This document shows positions 22,366 through 35,310 of a stretch of 64,000 nt of DNA, piece after piece (within the stretch, counting starts at the first letter, position 1; every line of letters begins with the position of its first letter). The position numbers and the translations under genes are program-made. Below the pieces are notes generated by a model, which was given only the letters and a program-made list of their open reading frames with translations, did not search any database and was not told the origin of the DNA. Source of the DNA: Scyliorhinus canicula (lineage: Eukaryota); NCBI RefSeq assembly GCF_902713615.1, contig NC_052157.1:160347442-160411441 (forward strand). Direction: 5' to 3'.

Positions 22366-25300
22366 GGGTGTGATTTAATAGCTTTGTTGCACTTAAGCGA
22401 GAGCACAACGAGGTCATTGAATAGCGGGCAAGGTCTGCGGGGGACACTGATCTGTTTGCAATCTAACCAGCCCGCTCCCTTCAGTGAAATCCGGATCTCG
22501 TCTTAGCCTGGCGAGAACCCAATAATCACCATTTAAAGCTAATCTCCACACAATGAACGGGTGTGACCCCCAATCTAACAGCCTCCTGTGATGTAACGGC
22601 CTCCCCAGCAAGTGGTCACGCGGGCAACAACTAGCACTCCTTTTTAAAAACAAGAAACTGGCTCACAGGCAAAGAGCCCTGTACACAGGCACTGTACACG
22701 AGGTGTCGCTGGTCTTTCGAATAGATGACGGACATCGCGTGCCTTGCGGACTTGGCACCACGTGGAGGAGGAGGATACGCGCTCTCGGTGGACCTCAAGG
22801 TCACCGCAGCCCTGAACTCCTACGCCTCAGGATCATTCCAGGGTTTGAGCAGAGATTTGTGCAGCATCTCACAGCCCGCAGGTGCATCTGTCAGGTCATG
22901 GATGCCCTGTTTACCCAGGCAGAAAACTGTACGAACTTTGACATGGACCAAGCCCAATAAGATGCCTGGGCAGCAGGATTCTCTGCCATCGATGGGCGGT
23001 GCCCCAGGTCCATGGGCTAATCGATGACACGCATGTAACCTTGCACTCACCAGGTTGTCTGGGAGTGCCTCACATCAACTGAAAGGGGTTCCACGGAACA
23101 TTAGCTTGTGTGCAACCACCATGAGGATCATGCACATGTGTGCACGTTTCCCAGAGAGTGTGCACGATAGCTATATCCTGGGACAGTCGGATATTCCCGA
23201 CCTCTTCGAGGACCACCCCAGGATGGCCAGTTGGTTCTTGGGGATAAGGGCCTAGACCTGGCTAAAGACGCCAGTACAGAGGCCGGTGACCGATGCGGTC
23301 TCCCGATACAAGAGGGCCCATGCGCCCATCCGGGCTGTCATTGAACGGTGCATCAGACTACTCAGGATGAGGTTACGATGTCCCGACCGCCCTGGTGGTG
23401 CACTCCAGTACACTGTCCGGAGGGTCGCCTGCACAGCTGTGGGGCAACTTGCTGAAGGTAGAGGAATATGTGGTCACTTCCTCCGAGAAGCCGGACCAGG
23501 AGGGGCTGGAGGATGAGCCCAGGGATGAATCGCAGGACCAGCCGGAGGATGGAGGACAGGTGGCAGCTCCAACTGCCCGGCAAGCCCAAGGAGGCCCTCA
23601 TCCGCTTCACATAGGGCGTGGCCTTGTCCGCCATTCCCCCTCCCCCCTTCACCATCCCCACCTTTCCTTCCACCATTTCCTCTCCTCCTTCCCAGGGTAG
23701 TGGGTGCCTGGAACTCGCTGCCGGAGGAGGTGGTGGAAGCAGGGACGATAGTGACGTTTAAGGGGCATCTTGACAAATACATGAATAGGATGGGAATAGA
23801 GGGATCTGGACCCAGGAAGTGTAGAAGATTTTAGTTTAGACGGGCAGCATGGTCGGCACAGGTTTGGAGGGCCGAAGGGCCTGTTCCTCTGCTGTATTTT
23901 TCTTTGTTCTTTGCAAATTCTATGATTCAGGGAATGAAGGAAGGAACTTCCTCTACTGTTTTCTAGCTCAGTTGACGGAATTCTCGTCAGCATAGAACTT
24001 TGATATACTTTTTTTGACAAATACATGAATAGGATGGGAATAGAGGGATCTGGACCCCGGAAGTGTAGAAGATTTTAGTTTAGACGGGCAGCATGGTTGG
24101 CACAGGCTTAGAGGGCCAAAGGGCCTGTTCCTGTGCTGTACTTTTCTTTGTTCTTTGTTTGTCTGCAGAACATCACTCCAGGGTGATGGGCCTGTGTCGA
24201 CACTGTCAATGGGTCACTGCCGAGGGCAGGGGGGATGATGATAATCCACAGCCGAGTGCTGGTGCTCCTCAATCTATGCCATAATCTGACCCCTGCCTGT
24301 CTGGATGGGGTGGAGGGGGTAAGGGGGAGGGGGTCAGCATAGCTCCAGCATCCACATTTTGGGGAGATCTGGCATGGCATTGGTGCTTGGCTGCAGAGCG
24401 GATGAAAGTGCCAGAGGTGTTTTATTGATTGAGCTGCAGATATTTTAATGGGTTTCAGAGTGTCCACCACTGTCTCACTTTGAAAGCAGACAAAAGCAGG
24501 CCAGCAGCGCGGGTTCAATTCCCGTACCAGCCTCCCCGAACAGGTGCCGGAATGTGGCGACTAGGGGCTTTTCACAGTAACTTCATTTGAAGCCCACTTG
24601 TGACAATAAGTGATTTTCATTTCCCAATGGTGCTGCCCACTCTCCCCACCCTTCCCCCATGCATACCCCCCCCCCATACCCTTTACCTAGCCCCTTCTCC
24701 CCCTCCCCCCGTGCCCTCTCCGGGATCCTCGATCTGCTTAGACGGCTATGCTCCAGTGCTGCGTCTAGGACTATCCCCTTGATGCACTTCACAGGTGGAG
24801 ACAGCCTGCTGCTTATGATGCACCAGGCGGCTAAAACCACCACGGTTGGGGCTGCACCATTAGCTGGAGGTGCTGCAGGAGAATAAATACGTGGTCAGCG
24901 GGAGGGATGGGTCAGTCTGCATGGCATTAAAGCTCACATGTGACAGCCGGTGGATCCTCACCACTAAGACGTGCGCTGACTTCCACGTTGGTGACCAATC
25001 TGTCCTCAGCCACCCCCTAACCTCCAGGGTCCGTACCTCATAGGGGGTGAGGACTCTGATGTCCGGCACCCTGCCACCCATCTGGGTCCTCTCCCGTCGG
25101 TGGGCCAACTTCTCCTGCGGTCAATCAGAAGGATGCATCTTAGCCACACATATGGTATGTGGTTGGGGGTCCAGTGCCCAACTCACCCAAGCAGCTCAGT
25201 GCAGGTCGGTGACCTTACGGCACTGGGTGCCGGCCCTCCCGATCACGCTCCCCGAGCCGACGGCCGCTGCCACTTCCTCCTAGGCGGTAGTGGCTGACCC

Positions 25301-25654
25301 TCCTGGACCCTCGGCCGAACAGGGAATCCCGTCTGGCCTCCACTGTGTCCAACAGTCATCCCATGTCGGCATCAGCAAACGTGGGGCTGGTCTCTGTGGC
25401 GGCACAGCTGTGATCGGAGTGGGGTTGGGTGTGACGAGCGGTTTAAGTGCTAGTCACTTGTGAGGAGGGCTGGCGAGCGCGGTCCCAGGCGAATCAGCCG
25501 GCGGACCATGATTTGCGGCGTGAATCCCGTGGGGTCTCGTTAAGTGGCCCAATGAATGTTTATAGCGGTGAAGGCCCCACCAGGCTGAGCGTCGGGAGCT
25601 CACAGCATTTCCCGCTCGCTACACACTTAGAAACCTTTCCATTAAATTGCGCCC
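22366..25654 (+). mobile_element. Decayed PIF/Harbinger DNA transposon (transposase on +, Myb/SANT-like gene on -)
   Basis: TIRs gggtgtgatttaatag / ccattaaattgcgccc and a 3-bp TSD ATA. HARBI1-like remnants KVTAALNSYASGSFQG, ARFPESVHDSYIL and IERCIRLLRMRLRC at 22780-23420. On the minus strand, PRFADAD..LLDTVEARRDSLF and ILTPYE-like remnants at 25390-25020. Confidence 0.85.
23694..24160 (+). mobile_element. Two short CR1 3' ends nested in the Harbinger
   Basis: Near-identical tails gacaaatacatgaataggatggg...ttctttgttctttg at 23694-23913 and 24013-24158. Confidence 0.8.
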
Positions 25655-26702
25655 ATATTGTGAACAGTGGGGGTCCCTGCACAGATCCCTGCGGTACCCC
25701 ACTAGTCACTGCCTGCCAATCAGAAAAGACCCATTTATTCCAACTCTTTGCATCCTGTCTGCTAACCAGCTTTTATCCATCTCTTTTTAAAAAATAATTT
25801 TTTAGAGGACCCAATTCATTTTTTCCAATTAAGGGGCAATTTAGCGTGGCCAGTCCACCTGGCTTGCACAATTTTCGGGTTGTGGGGGCAAGACCCACGC
25901 AAACATGGGGAGAATGTGCAAACTCCACACGGACAGTGAGCCAGAGCTGGGATCGAACCTGGGACCTCGGCGCCATGAGGCAGCCGTGCTAACCACTGTG
26001 CCACCGTGCTGCCCACAGCTTTTATCCATCTCAAGACACTACCCGTAATCCCATGCACTTTAGCTTCACAAATTAATCTGCTTTGTGAGACCTTGTCGAA
26101 AGCCTTCTGAAAGTCTAAATAAAGCACATCCACCGGTTCTCCCTGGCCAACTCTACCAGTTACATCTTCAAAGAAGATGGCTTTGCTTCTGCACACTGAG
26201 TAGCAGTCAGTGATAAGTGGAGACTCTCAGTGTTATCTGCTATTAAAGCACAATTAAACTCTGATCATGAAATGAGTGGAGTTAAAACAATAAAATCTTT
26301 AGCTTATGGAGAACGAATATCCATGGGGAATACGTATGTATTCAGGCAATGTCGCTTTGTCTCTTATCTTAATGGAGACATTGTGCGTTCGCACAGATTA
26401 TAAATGTCATCACTGAGCAATAAATATATGCACAGCACGATAAATATTTACAGAATATACATTTACAAAATAAATAGATACAGTGCAATAAATATTCACA
26501 AAGCACGATGAACATTCCTACAGTGCAATGCATGTATAACATGATAAATATTTTTGCACTGTAATGTGCACAATGAATATTTACACACCACAATGAATAT
26601 ATATATATATATATAGCGCAAGAAATATTTAACCACCGTAATAATGTTCCTCATTGTTTTGAAATTATAGGAATCATGTCAGAAATGTATTTTCTGGTAA
26701 AT

Positions 26703-26708
26703 TTTATT
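26703..26708 (-). promoter_or_regulatory. SHPK: Probable SHPK polyadenylation signal (AATAAA)
   Basis: tttatt on the plus strand, about 840 nt past the SHPK stop codon, at the end of a unique UTR-like stretch. Confidence 0.5.
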
Positions 26709-27548
26709 TGCTGGTGTTGAGTAATATTCACTTGTACATGTATACAATCAACAATGATCAATAACCCAAAACCCTATCTGTGGATCACAACGTTCACCAC
26801 TACACGTGGCTAAAAATATAAATATAAAAGTTGACAGGTAATCAGCTCTACCCCTCGTCAAGAATGACACAGGACTGACACATGATGCAGTTGGGTGGAA
26901 TCTGTCAGAAAAATGCAGATGAATGTCAAGCTTCGTTCTGTGCGACAGTGAGTTGGCACTCACTTCACCCCCATGCTTCTGAAAGTTAAGTGGATGAAGC
27001 AGGGGGGGGAGACTCATGTGGAGAAGCAGATCGGTGTGGGATGGGAAGACTTGTGAATGGGGAGGGATGTGTACAAACGATAGGATTGGGCCTGATGTCA
27101 AAGTTCCAGCAACCTAACACTGGCCTTTGCTTCCTTTCTGTCGGCTTTGGTGAGAACTGGTTGTTGTTTTGAAATATCCGCTCCTTCTTTTTCTATGTGC
27201 TTGCTACTGAGAGCAAGGGGGAAGTTTGGAATGTCGCCTCTCCAGTAGTATGCTGGTCCGACTTCAGCATTGATGCGAGATCAATAGCTAGATCAAGCAG
27301 GGTGAGCTGTGATGTTGCCCAGCCAGCACTAACTCTGCATCAATAACAAGATCTCTCCAGTTACACTCAATGGCCGATTTCATCCAGACTACCCTGGGGA
27401 AACGATGGATGGGAAAGTGCTGGGAGATAGTTCCTGCCAAACTCTTTCATATCCTCCCCTCTTAATCATTGGGAAAACATTATGATCAGATCACCTATAT
27501 TCTGATTGGCTGTTGATTTACTTTCACATTTGGGAATCTCTTTCCTCC

Positions 27549-27943
27549 CTATCTCCGGTCCAGCATCACCATTGCAACGCCGACTGCTGAATCTACAGTC
27601 TTCCCGTAAACAATAGGAAGGGTGAAAACTTTCTCCACTTCCTGCTGCAGCACCTCGTTCCTGGTCAGTGCACTCCCGCTGCCAATAATCCTCTGCACCC
27701 CAGACTCGATCAGCCACTGGCACGGTAACATGGAGTTCAGGTTCTCCGCAATGCCACGACACAGGGCCCTGGTCACGTGCCCCAACGAGAGGTTAGATGG
27801 GGAGATGTTGGTCACTGAAGCCAGCTGGTCAGGTGAGTGTCTCTCTCCAAATATGGTGGCCTTCACCACCAGGTCAGTCCGGGCGACATTTAGGGCAGCG
27901 TGTATCGATTGGGAATAGATTGTGGATTCTGGTATCTCCTGTC
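27549..27943 (-). CDS. SHPK: SHPK coding exon 7 (terminal)
   Basis: Encodes GQEIPESTIYSQSIHAAL...TIFGERH...LSLGHVTRALCRGIAENLNSMLP...GSGSALTRNEVLQQEVEKVFTLP...VDSAVGVAMVMLDRR*. Acceptor cag|. Confidence 0.95.
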
Positions 27944-28261
27944 CTGTGGAAGTGAATAAAAACCAGCATCAGCATTACGGGGATGCAGGGAATAAATATC
28001 CAGAACTTTGGGGGCGTGGTTTTAAATTCTACCACAGCAGCTGGAGGAATTTAAATCCAATCAATTAACAAATCTGCAATTATAATTTAATAATGAAACT
28101 ATTGCCCCTTGTCATTACGAAGGCCCCTGCGGGAAGGAAATCTGCCATCCTTACCTGGTCTGGCCTACATGTGACTCCAGACCCTCAGCAATGTGGCTGA
28201 CTCTGAACTGCCCTCAGAAATGGCCGAGCAAACCAGTCGGAAAAGTCAAGAAAGGAATAAA

Positions 28262-28787
28262 ACCACCCAGACCACGCACCATCAACCTCAGCACCAGACC
28301 ACCCAGACCACGCACCATCAACCTCAGCACCAGACCACCCAGACCACGCACCATCAACCTCAGCACCAGACCACCCAGACCACGCACCATCAACCTCAGC
28401 ACCATCACCACGCACCATCAACCTCAGCACCATCACCACGCACCATCAACCTCAGCACCAGACCACCCAGACCACGCACCATCAACCTCAGCACCAGACC
28501 ACGCACCATCAACCTCAGCACCAGACCACCCAGACCACGCACCATCAACCTCAGCACCAGACCACCCAGACCACACACCATCAACCTCAGCACCAGACCA
28601 CCCACCATCAACCTCAGCACCATCACCACGCACCATCAACCTCAGCACCAGACCACCCAGACCACGCACCATCAACCTCAGCACCAGACCACCCAGACCA
28701 CGCACCATCAACCTCAGCACCAGACCACCCACCATCAACCTCAGCACCAGACCACCCAGACCACGCACCATCAACCTCAGCACCAGA
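28262..28787. repeat. 36-bp minisatellite accacccagaccacgcaccatcaacctcagcaccag
   Basis: About 16 units with 27-bp variants, starting at a SINE tail. Confidence 0.95.
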
Positions 28788-29609
28788 AACAATGGCCTCC
28801 AGCCCCGCTGACCCTGCATCTCAGCTGCGGGTCTGTGCCAAAACTGGGATAGCTGTCCCATAGACTGGTCAACCGACTGGACCCCATCCCCACTAATCCG
28901 ACTGCTGCAGCTGTCCTTCGGTCAGAGTGGCCACCATGCAGTTGGTCACTCTGAGACAAAGCCCTGACTTTACATTCAGGATATCTTCCCCTAGATTGTG
29001 TGGCACTGCCACCGTGCTAAATGGGGAGATTTCACTCACATCCAGCAACTTTAAAGTGGGCATCCAGGAGGCGCTGTGGGCCATCAGCAGCAGCAGAACT
29101 GTACCCAACCCACAATCTGTAACCCCTCGGCTCAGCGTGTCCCCCACTCTCACATTACCCTCAATACGGACCATCAACCCTGCTTCAATGAAAAATGCAG
29201 CAGAGTGCACCACTCATACCTGAAAATAAAGAGCGGATTTCTCCCCTCTGCCGTGGCCAGCTGAATGGAGAATCTGGACACAGTTATTCCTGCTGGCAGG
29301 AGAAGAGTTTGCAATTTTCCCCTCACCTTTTTCATGGTGGGTTTAATTAATATCCTGCTGATTAATGCCGGGAACACCATTTGCATTCATTATCACCTCA
29401 TGATTGCTCATTAAACATACTGCCTGTGGGAATTACATTCTGTCTTCCTATCTTGCGTCATGCCAGCGGGAATTTACACTGGTGTGAAACATGATTGACG
29501 TGCATCAGTCAGCCCTCACTTCATTCAAGCCTTCGAGGTGAGTGCAACATTCAAAGCCTATCTGTGTCAGCACGGCTCCGGTTCCGTAGACGTGGCAGTG
29601 CGATGCCAC

Positions 29610-32600
29610 ACTGCTGGGGGTGTGGGGTTGGATGCGATGCCTCACTGCTGGGGGTGTGGGGTTGGGTGCGATGCCACATTGCTGGGGGTGTGGGGTTGGG
29701 TGTGATGCCACATTGCTGGGGGCATGGGGTTGGATGCGATGCCACACTGCTGGGGGTGTGGGGTTGGGTGCGATGCCACATTGCTGGGGATGTGGGGTTG
29801 GGTGCGATGCCACATTGCTGGGGATGTGGGGTTGGGTGCGATGCCACACTGCTGGGGGTATGGGGTTGGGTGCGATGCCTCACTGCTGGGGGTGTGGGGT
29901 TGGATGCGATGCCTCACTGCTGGGGATGTGGGGTTGGGTGCGATGCCTCACTGCTGGGGGTGTGGGGTTGGGTGCGATGCCACATTGCTGGGGGTATGGG
30001 GTTGGGTGCGATGCCTCACTGCTGGGGGTATGGGGTTGGGTGCGATGCCACATTGCTGGGGGTATGGGGTTGGATGCGATGCCACACTGCTGGGGATGTG
30101 GGGTTGGGTGCGATGCCTCACTGCTGGGGGTATGGGGTTGGATGCGATGCCACATTGCTGGGGGTGTGGGGTTGGGTGTGATGCAACACTGCTGGGTGTA
30201 TGGGGTTGGATGCGATGCCACATTGCTGGGGGTATGGGGTTGGGTGCGATGCCACATTGCTGGGGGTATGGGGTTGGGTGCGATGCCTCACTGCTGGGGG
30301 TATGGGGTTGGGTGCGATGCCTCACTGCTGGGGGTGTGGGGTTGGGTGCGATGCCTCACTGCTGGGGGTGTGGGGTTGGGTGCGATGCCACATTGCTGGG
30401 GATGTGGGGTTGGGTGCGATGCCACATTGCTGGGGATGTGGGGTTGGGTGCGATGCCACACTGCTGGGGGTATGGGGTTGGGTGCGATGCCTCACTGCTG
30501 GGGGTGTGGGGTTGGATGCGATGCCTCACTGCTGGGGGTGTGGGGTTGGATGCGATGCCTCACTGCTGGGGGTGTGGGGTTGGGTGCGATGCCACATTGC
30601 TGGGGGTATGGGGTTGGGTGCGATGCCTCACTGCTGGGGATGTGGGGTTGGGTGCGATGCCACATTGCTGGGGGTGTGGGGTTGGGTGCGATGCCTCACT
30701 GCTGGGGGTGTGGGGTTGGGTGCGATGCCTCACTGCTGGGGGTATGGGGTTGGGTGCGATGCCACATTGCTGGGGGTGTGGGGTTGGGTGCGATGCCACA
30801 CTGCTGGGGGTGTGGGGTTGGATGCGATGCCTCACTGCTGGGGGTGTGGGGTTGGGTGCGATGCCTCACTGCTGGGGGTGTGGGGTTGGGTGCGATGCCA
30901 CATTGCTGGGGGTGAGGGGTTGGATGCGATGCCTCACTGCTGGGGGTATGGGGTTGGATGCGATGCGACACTGCTGGGGGTGTGGGGTTGGGTGCGATGC
31001 CTCACTGCTGGGGGTATGGGGTTGGGTGCGATGCCACACTGCTGGGGGTATGGGGTTGGGTGCGATGCCACACTGCTGGGGGTGTGGGGTTGGGTGCGAT
31101 GCCTCACTGCTGGGGGTATGGGGTTGGGTGCGATGCCACACTGCTGGGGGTGTGGGGTTGGGTGCGATGCCTCACTGCTGGGGGTATGGGGTTGGGTGCG
31201 ATGCCTCACTGCTGGGGGTGTGGGGTTGGGTGCGATGCCACATTGCTGGGGGTGTGGGGTTGGGTGCGATGCCACATTGCTGGGGGTGTGGGGTTGGGTG
31301 CGATGCCTCACTGCTGGGGGTATGGGGTTGGATGCGATGCCACATTGCTGGGGGGTGTGGGGTTGGGTGCGATGCCACATTGCTGGGGGTATGGGGTTGG
31401 GTGCGATGCCTCACTGCTGGGGGTGTGGGGTTGGATGCGATGCCACATTGCTGGGGGTGTGGGGTTGGGTGCGATGCCTCACTGCTGGGGGTATGGGGTT
31501 GGATGCGATGCCACATTGCTGGGGGTGTGGGGTTGGGTGCGATGCCACATTGCTGGGGGTATGGGGTTGGGTGCGATGCCTCACTGCTGGGGGTGTGGGG
31601 TTGGATGCGATGCCACATTGCTGGGGGTGTGGGGTTGGATGCGATGCCTCACTGCTGGGGGTATGGGGTTGGGTGCGATGCCTCACTGCTGGGGGTTTGG
31701 GGTTGGATGCGATGCCTCACTGCTGGGGGTATGGGGTTGGATGCGATGCCTCACTGCTGGGGGTGTGGGGTTGGGTGCGATGCCTCACTGCTGGGGGTGT
31801 GGGGTTGGGTGCGATGCCTCACTGCTGGGGATGTGGGGTTGGGTGTGATGCCTCACTGCTGGGGGTATGGGGTTGGGTGCGATGCCACATTGCTGGGGGT
31901 GTGGGGTTGGGTGCGATGCCACATTGCTGGGGGTATGGGGTTGGGTGCGATGCCTCACTGCTGGGGGTGTGGGGTTGGGTGTGATGCCTCACTGCTGGGG
32001 GTATGGGGTTGGGTGCGATGCCACATTGCTGGGGGTATGGGGTTGGATGCGATGCCACACTGCTGGGGGTGTGGGGTTGGATGCGATGCCACATTGCTGG
32101 GGGTATGGGGTTGGATGCGATGCCTCACTGCTGGGGGTATGGGGTTGGATGCGATGCCTCACTGCTGGGGGTATGGGGTTGGATGCGATGCCTCACTGCT
32201 GGGGGTATGGGGTTGGATGCGATGCCACACTGCTGGGGGTGTGGGGTTGGATGCGATGCCTCACTGCTGGGGGTGTGGGGTTGGGTGCGATGCCACATTG
32301 CTGGGGGTATGGGGTTGGATGCGATGCCTCACTGCTGGGGGTATGGGGTTGGGTGCGATGCCACATTGCTGGGGGTGTGGGGTTGGATGCGATGCCACAC
32401 TGCTGGGGGTGTGGGGTTGGGTGCGATGCCACATTGCTGGGGATGTGGGGTTGGGTGCGATGCCACATTGCTGGGGGTGTGGGGTTGGGTGCGATGCCTC
32501 ATTGCTGGGGGTGTGGGGTTGGATGCGATGCCTCACTGCTGGGGGTATGGGGTTGGGTGCGATGCCTCACTGCTGGGGGTATGGGGTTGGGTGCGATGCC

Positions 32601-32865
32601 ACATTGCTGGGGGTGTGGGGTTGGATGCGATGCCTCACTGCTGGGGGTATGGGGTTGGGTGCGATGCCTCACTGCTGGGGGTATGGGGTTGGGTGCGATG
32701 CCACATTGCTGGGGGTGTGGGGTTGGATGCGATGCCTCACTGCTGGGGGTATGGGGTTGGGTGCGATGCCTCACTGCTGGGGGTATGGGGTTGGGTGCGA
32801 TGCCACATTGCTGGGGGTGTGGGGTTGGGTGCGGTGCCTCACTGCTGGGGGTATGGGGTTGGGTT
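29610..32865. repeat. 34-bp minisatellite gcgatgcc(a/t)ca(c/t)tgctgggggt(g/a)tggggttgg(g/a)t
   Basis: About 96 units in SHPK intron 6; source of the many spurious ORFs in this region. Confidence 0.97.
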
Positions 32866-33667
32866 GGCTTCCGGTGGGTGGCTCCGTACTCTGGGGAAAC
32901 ATCACTGTGCAGCAGCTCTCAGGCCAGGTTGTACCCTCAAACAGAGCCAGCATTGTGACTGGTGAGCGGGGGGTGGAGAATAGGAATCGTTAGGGGTTGG
33001 GGGGGGGTGTTTGTGTGGCACAAGAGGGATGGATTGTACAGAGACTCATTGCAGGGGTTGGAGAGTTTGTGTTCTGATCAATGATGAGGGAACGGAGGTG
33101 CTCACTGAAAGACAGTCACACTCCCTGGTCTGGGGCCAAAAGGTCGGAGTGACACAGCAAAGACAGTCCTGGGGCTCTGTGGACATCTGAATCAGGGTGA
33201 GAGATTAAATACAGTCCTGGGGCTTTTCTGGCCATGCTGCAAGGCAATGCACTCCCACTCCAGAGATGGGCAAGGCCTGTGTGTTCAGTGAGGTTCAGGC
33301 ACAGCTTGGTGGGCATGTCACGTTCACTGTCTTACAGTCGATGGCGATGGGGTTGTCTGGCTCACTACTGGGCTGCAGATGGGATGGTCACGGTTAGGGG
33401 AGTTTGAAGAGGTTTGAAACCTCTTCAAACCTCTGTGGGACTGAGATGTCAAGTATCAGTATTGGCCTCTAGGTCGCCTAGATCTGTGAGCTTGACCTCT
33501 TGTGCAAGGATGAGCCGGATACAGTTCAAGGTGATGCACAGGGTGCATATGATTCTGGCATGAATGAGTGGGTTCTTTCAGGGTTTAGCAGATGAGTGTG
33601 AGAGGTGTGGGCGGGGGCCAGCAAATCATGCGCACATGTTTTGGGGTTGTGAAAAATTGGGCGGGAG

Positions 33668-35215
33668 TGGACAGACAGGGAAGATGCGGAGATGGACAGA
33701 CAGACAGGGAAGGGGCGGAGATGGACAGACAGGGAAGGGGCGGAGATGGAGAGACAGACAGGGAAGGGGCAGAGATGGACAGACAGACAGGGAAGGGGCA
33801 GAGATGGACAGACAGACAGGGAAGGGGCGGAGATGGAAAGACAGACAGGGAAGGGGCGGAGATGGACAGACAGACAGGGAAGGGGCAGAGATGGACAGAC
33901 AGGGAAGGGGCGGAGATGGACAGACAGACAGGGAAGGGGCAGAGATGGACAGACAGACAGGGAAGGGGCGGAGATGGAAAGACAGACAGGGAAGGGGCAG
34001 AGATGGACAGACAGACAGGGAAGGGGCGGAGATGGACAGACAGACAGGGAAGGGGCAGAGATGGACAGACAGACAGGGAAGGGTCAGAGATGGACAGACA
34101 GACAGGGAAGGGGCGGAGATGGAGAGAGACAGGGAAGGGGCGGAGATGGAAAGACAGACAGGGAAGGGGCGGAGATGGACAGACAGACAGGGAAGGGGCG
34201 GAGATGGACAGACAGGGAAGGTGCAGAGATGGACAGACAGACAGGGAAGGGGCGGAGATGGACAGACAGACAGGGAAGGGGCGGAGATGGACAGACAGAC
34301 AGGGAAGGGGCAGAGATGGACAGACAGACAGGGAAGGGGCAGAGATGGACAGACAGACAGGGAAGGGGCAGAGATGGACAGACAGATAGGGAAGGGGCAG
34401 AGATGGACAGACAGACAGGGAAGGGGCGGAGATGGAAAGACAGACAGGGAAGGGGCAGAGATGGACAGACAGACAGGGAAGGGGCAGAGATGGACAGACA
34501 GACAGGGAAGGGGCGGAGATGGACAGACAGACAGGGAAGGGGCGGAGATGGACAGACAGACAGGGAAGGGGCGGAGATGGACAGACAGGGAAGGGGCGGA
34601 GATGGACAGACAGACAGGGAAGGGGCAGAGATGAACAGACAGGGAAGGGGCGGAGATGGACAGACAGACAGGGAAGGGGCAGAGATGGACAGACAGACAG
34701 GGAAGGGGCAGAGATGGACAGACAGACAGGGAAGGGGCAGAGATGGACAGACAGACAGGGAAGGGGCAGAGATGGACAGACAGGGAGGGGCGGAGATGGA
34801 CAGACAGGGAAGAGGCGGAGATGGACAGACAGGGAAGGGGCGGAGATGGACAGACAGACAGGGAAGGGGCAGAGATGAACAGACAGGGAAGAGGCGGAGA
34901 TGGACAGACAGGGAAGGGGCGGAGATGGACAGACAGACAGGGAAGGGGCAGAGATGAACAGACAGGGAAGGGGCGGAGATGGACAGACAGACAGGGAAGG
35001 GGCAGAGATGGACAGACAGACAGGGAAGGGGCGGAGATGGACAGACAGACAGGGAAGGGGCGGAGATGGACAGACAGACAGGGAAGGGGCGGAGATGGAC
35101 AGACAGACAGGGAAGGGGCGGAGATGGACAGACAGACAGGGAAGGGGCGGAGATGGACAGACAGACAGGGAAGGGGCGGAGATGGACAGACAGACAGGGA
35201 AGGGGCGGAGATGGA
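33668..35215. repeat. 29/25-bp purine-rich minisatellite ggacagacagacagggaaggggcggagat
   Basis: About 55 units following an L1 fragment (33495-33662). Confidence 0.96.
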
Positions 35216-35310
35216 GGTATAGATGCCCACAATCGAGTGTCTGATATTTTTATGCATTCAGAGGTCTGGGAAGTGATTTGCATCTTTCGCCAAAGCCAAA
35301 AATGTCTTAC

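Larger units (their letters stand above)
21159..26175 (-). mobile_element. CR1-type LINE (ORF2 RT to near the 3' end) split by a solo LTR, a Harbinger transposon and a SINE; its tail continues at 20610-20800
   Basis: VDVLYLDFQKAFDKV near 26100, GVPQGSV near 25690, ADDTKLGG near 22300, PYLRKDVLAMEGVQRRFTR near 21450. Confidence 0.85.

Noticed and set aside
22725-23516. Possible host HARBI1 gene
   Set aside because: Fragmented by frameshifts and deletions, and enclosed by TIRs and a TSD.
28927-29223. 98-aa non-repetitive ORF in SHPK intron 6
   Set aside because: No recognisable motif or convincing exon structure; chance ORF.
29495-32993. 1089-aa Cys/Trp/Gly-rich ORF
   Set aside because: A 34-bp unit cycles through all frames; there is no start context, splice support or codon constraint.
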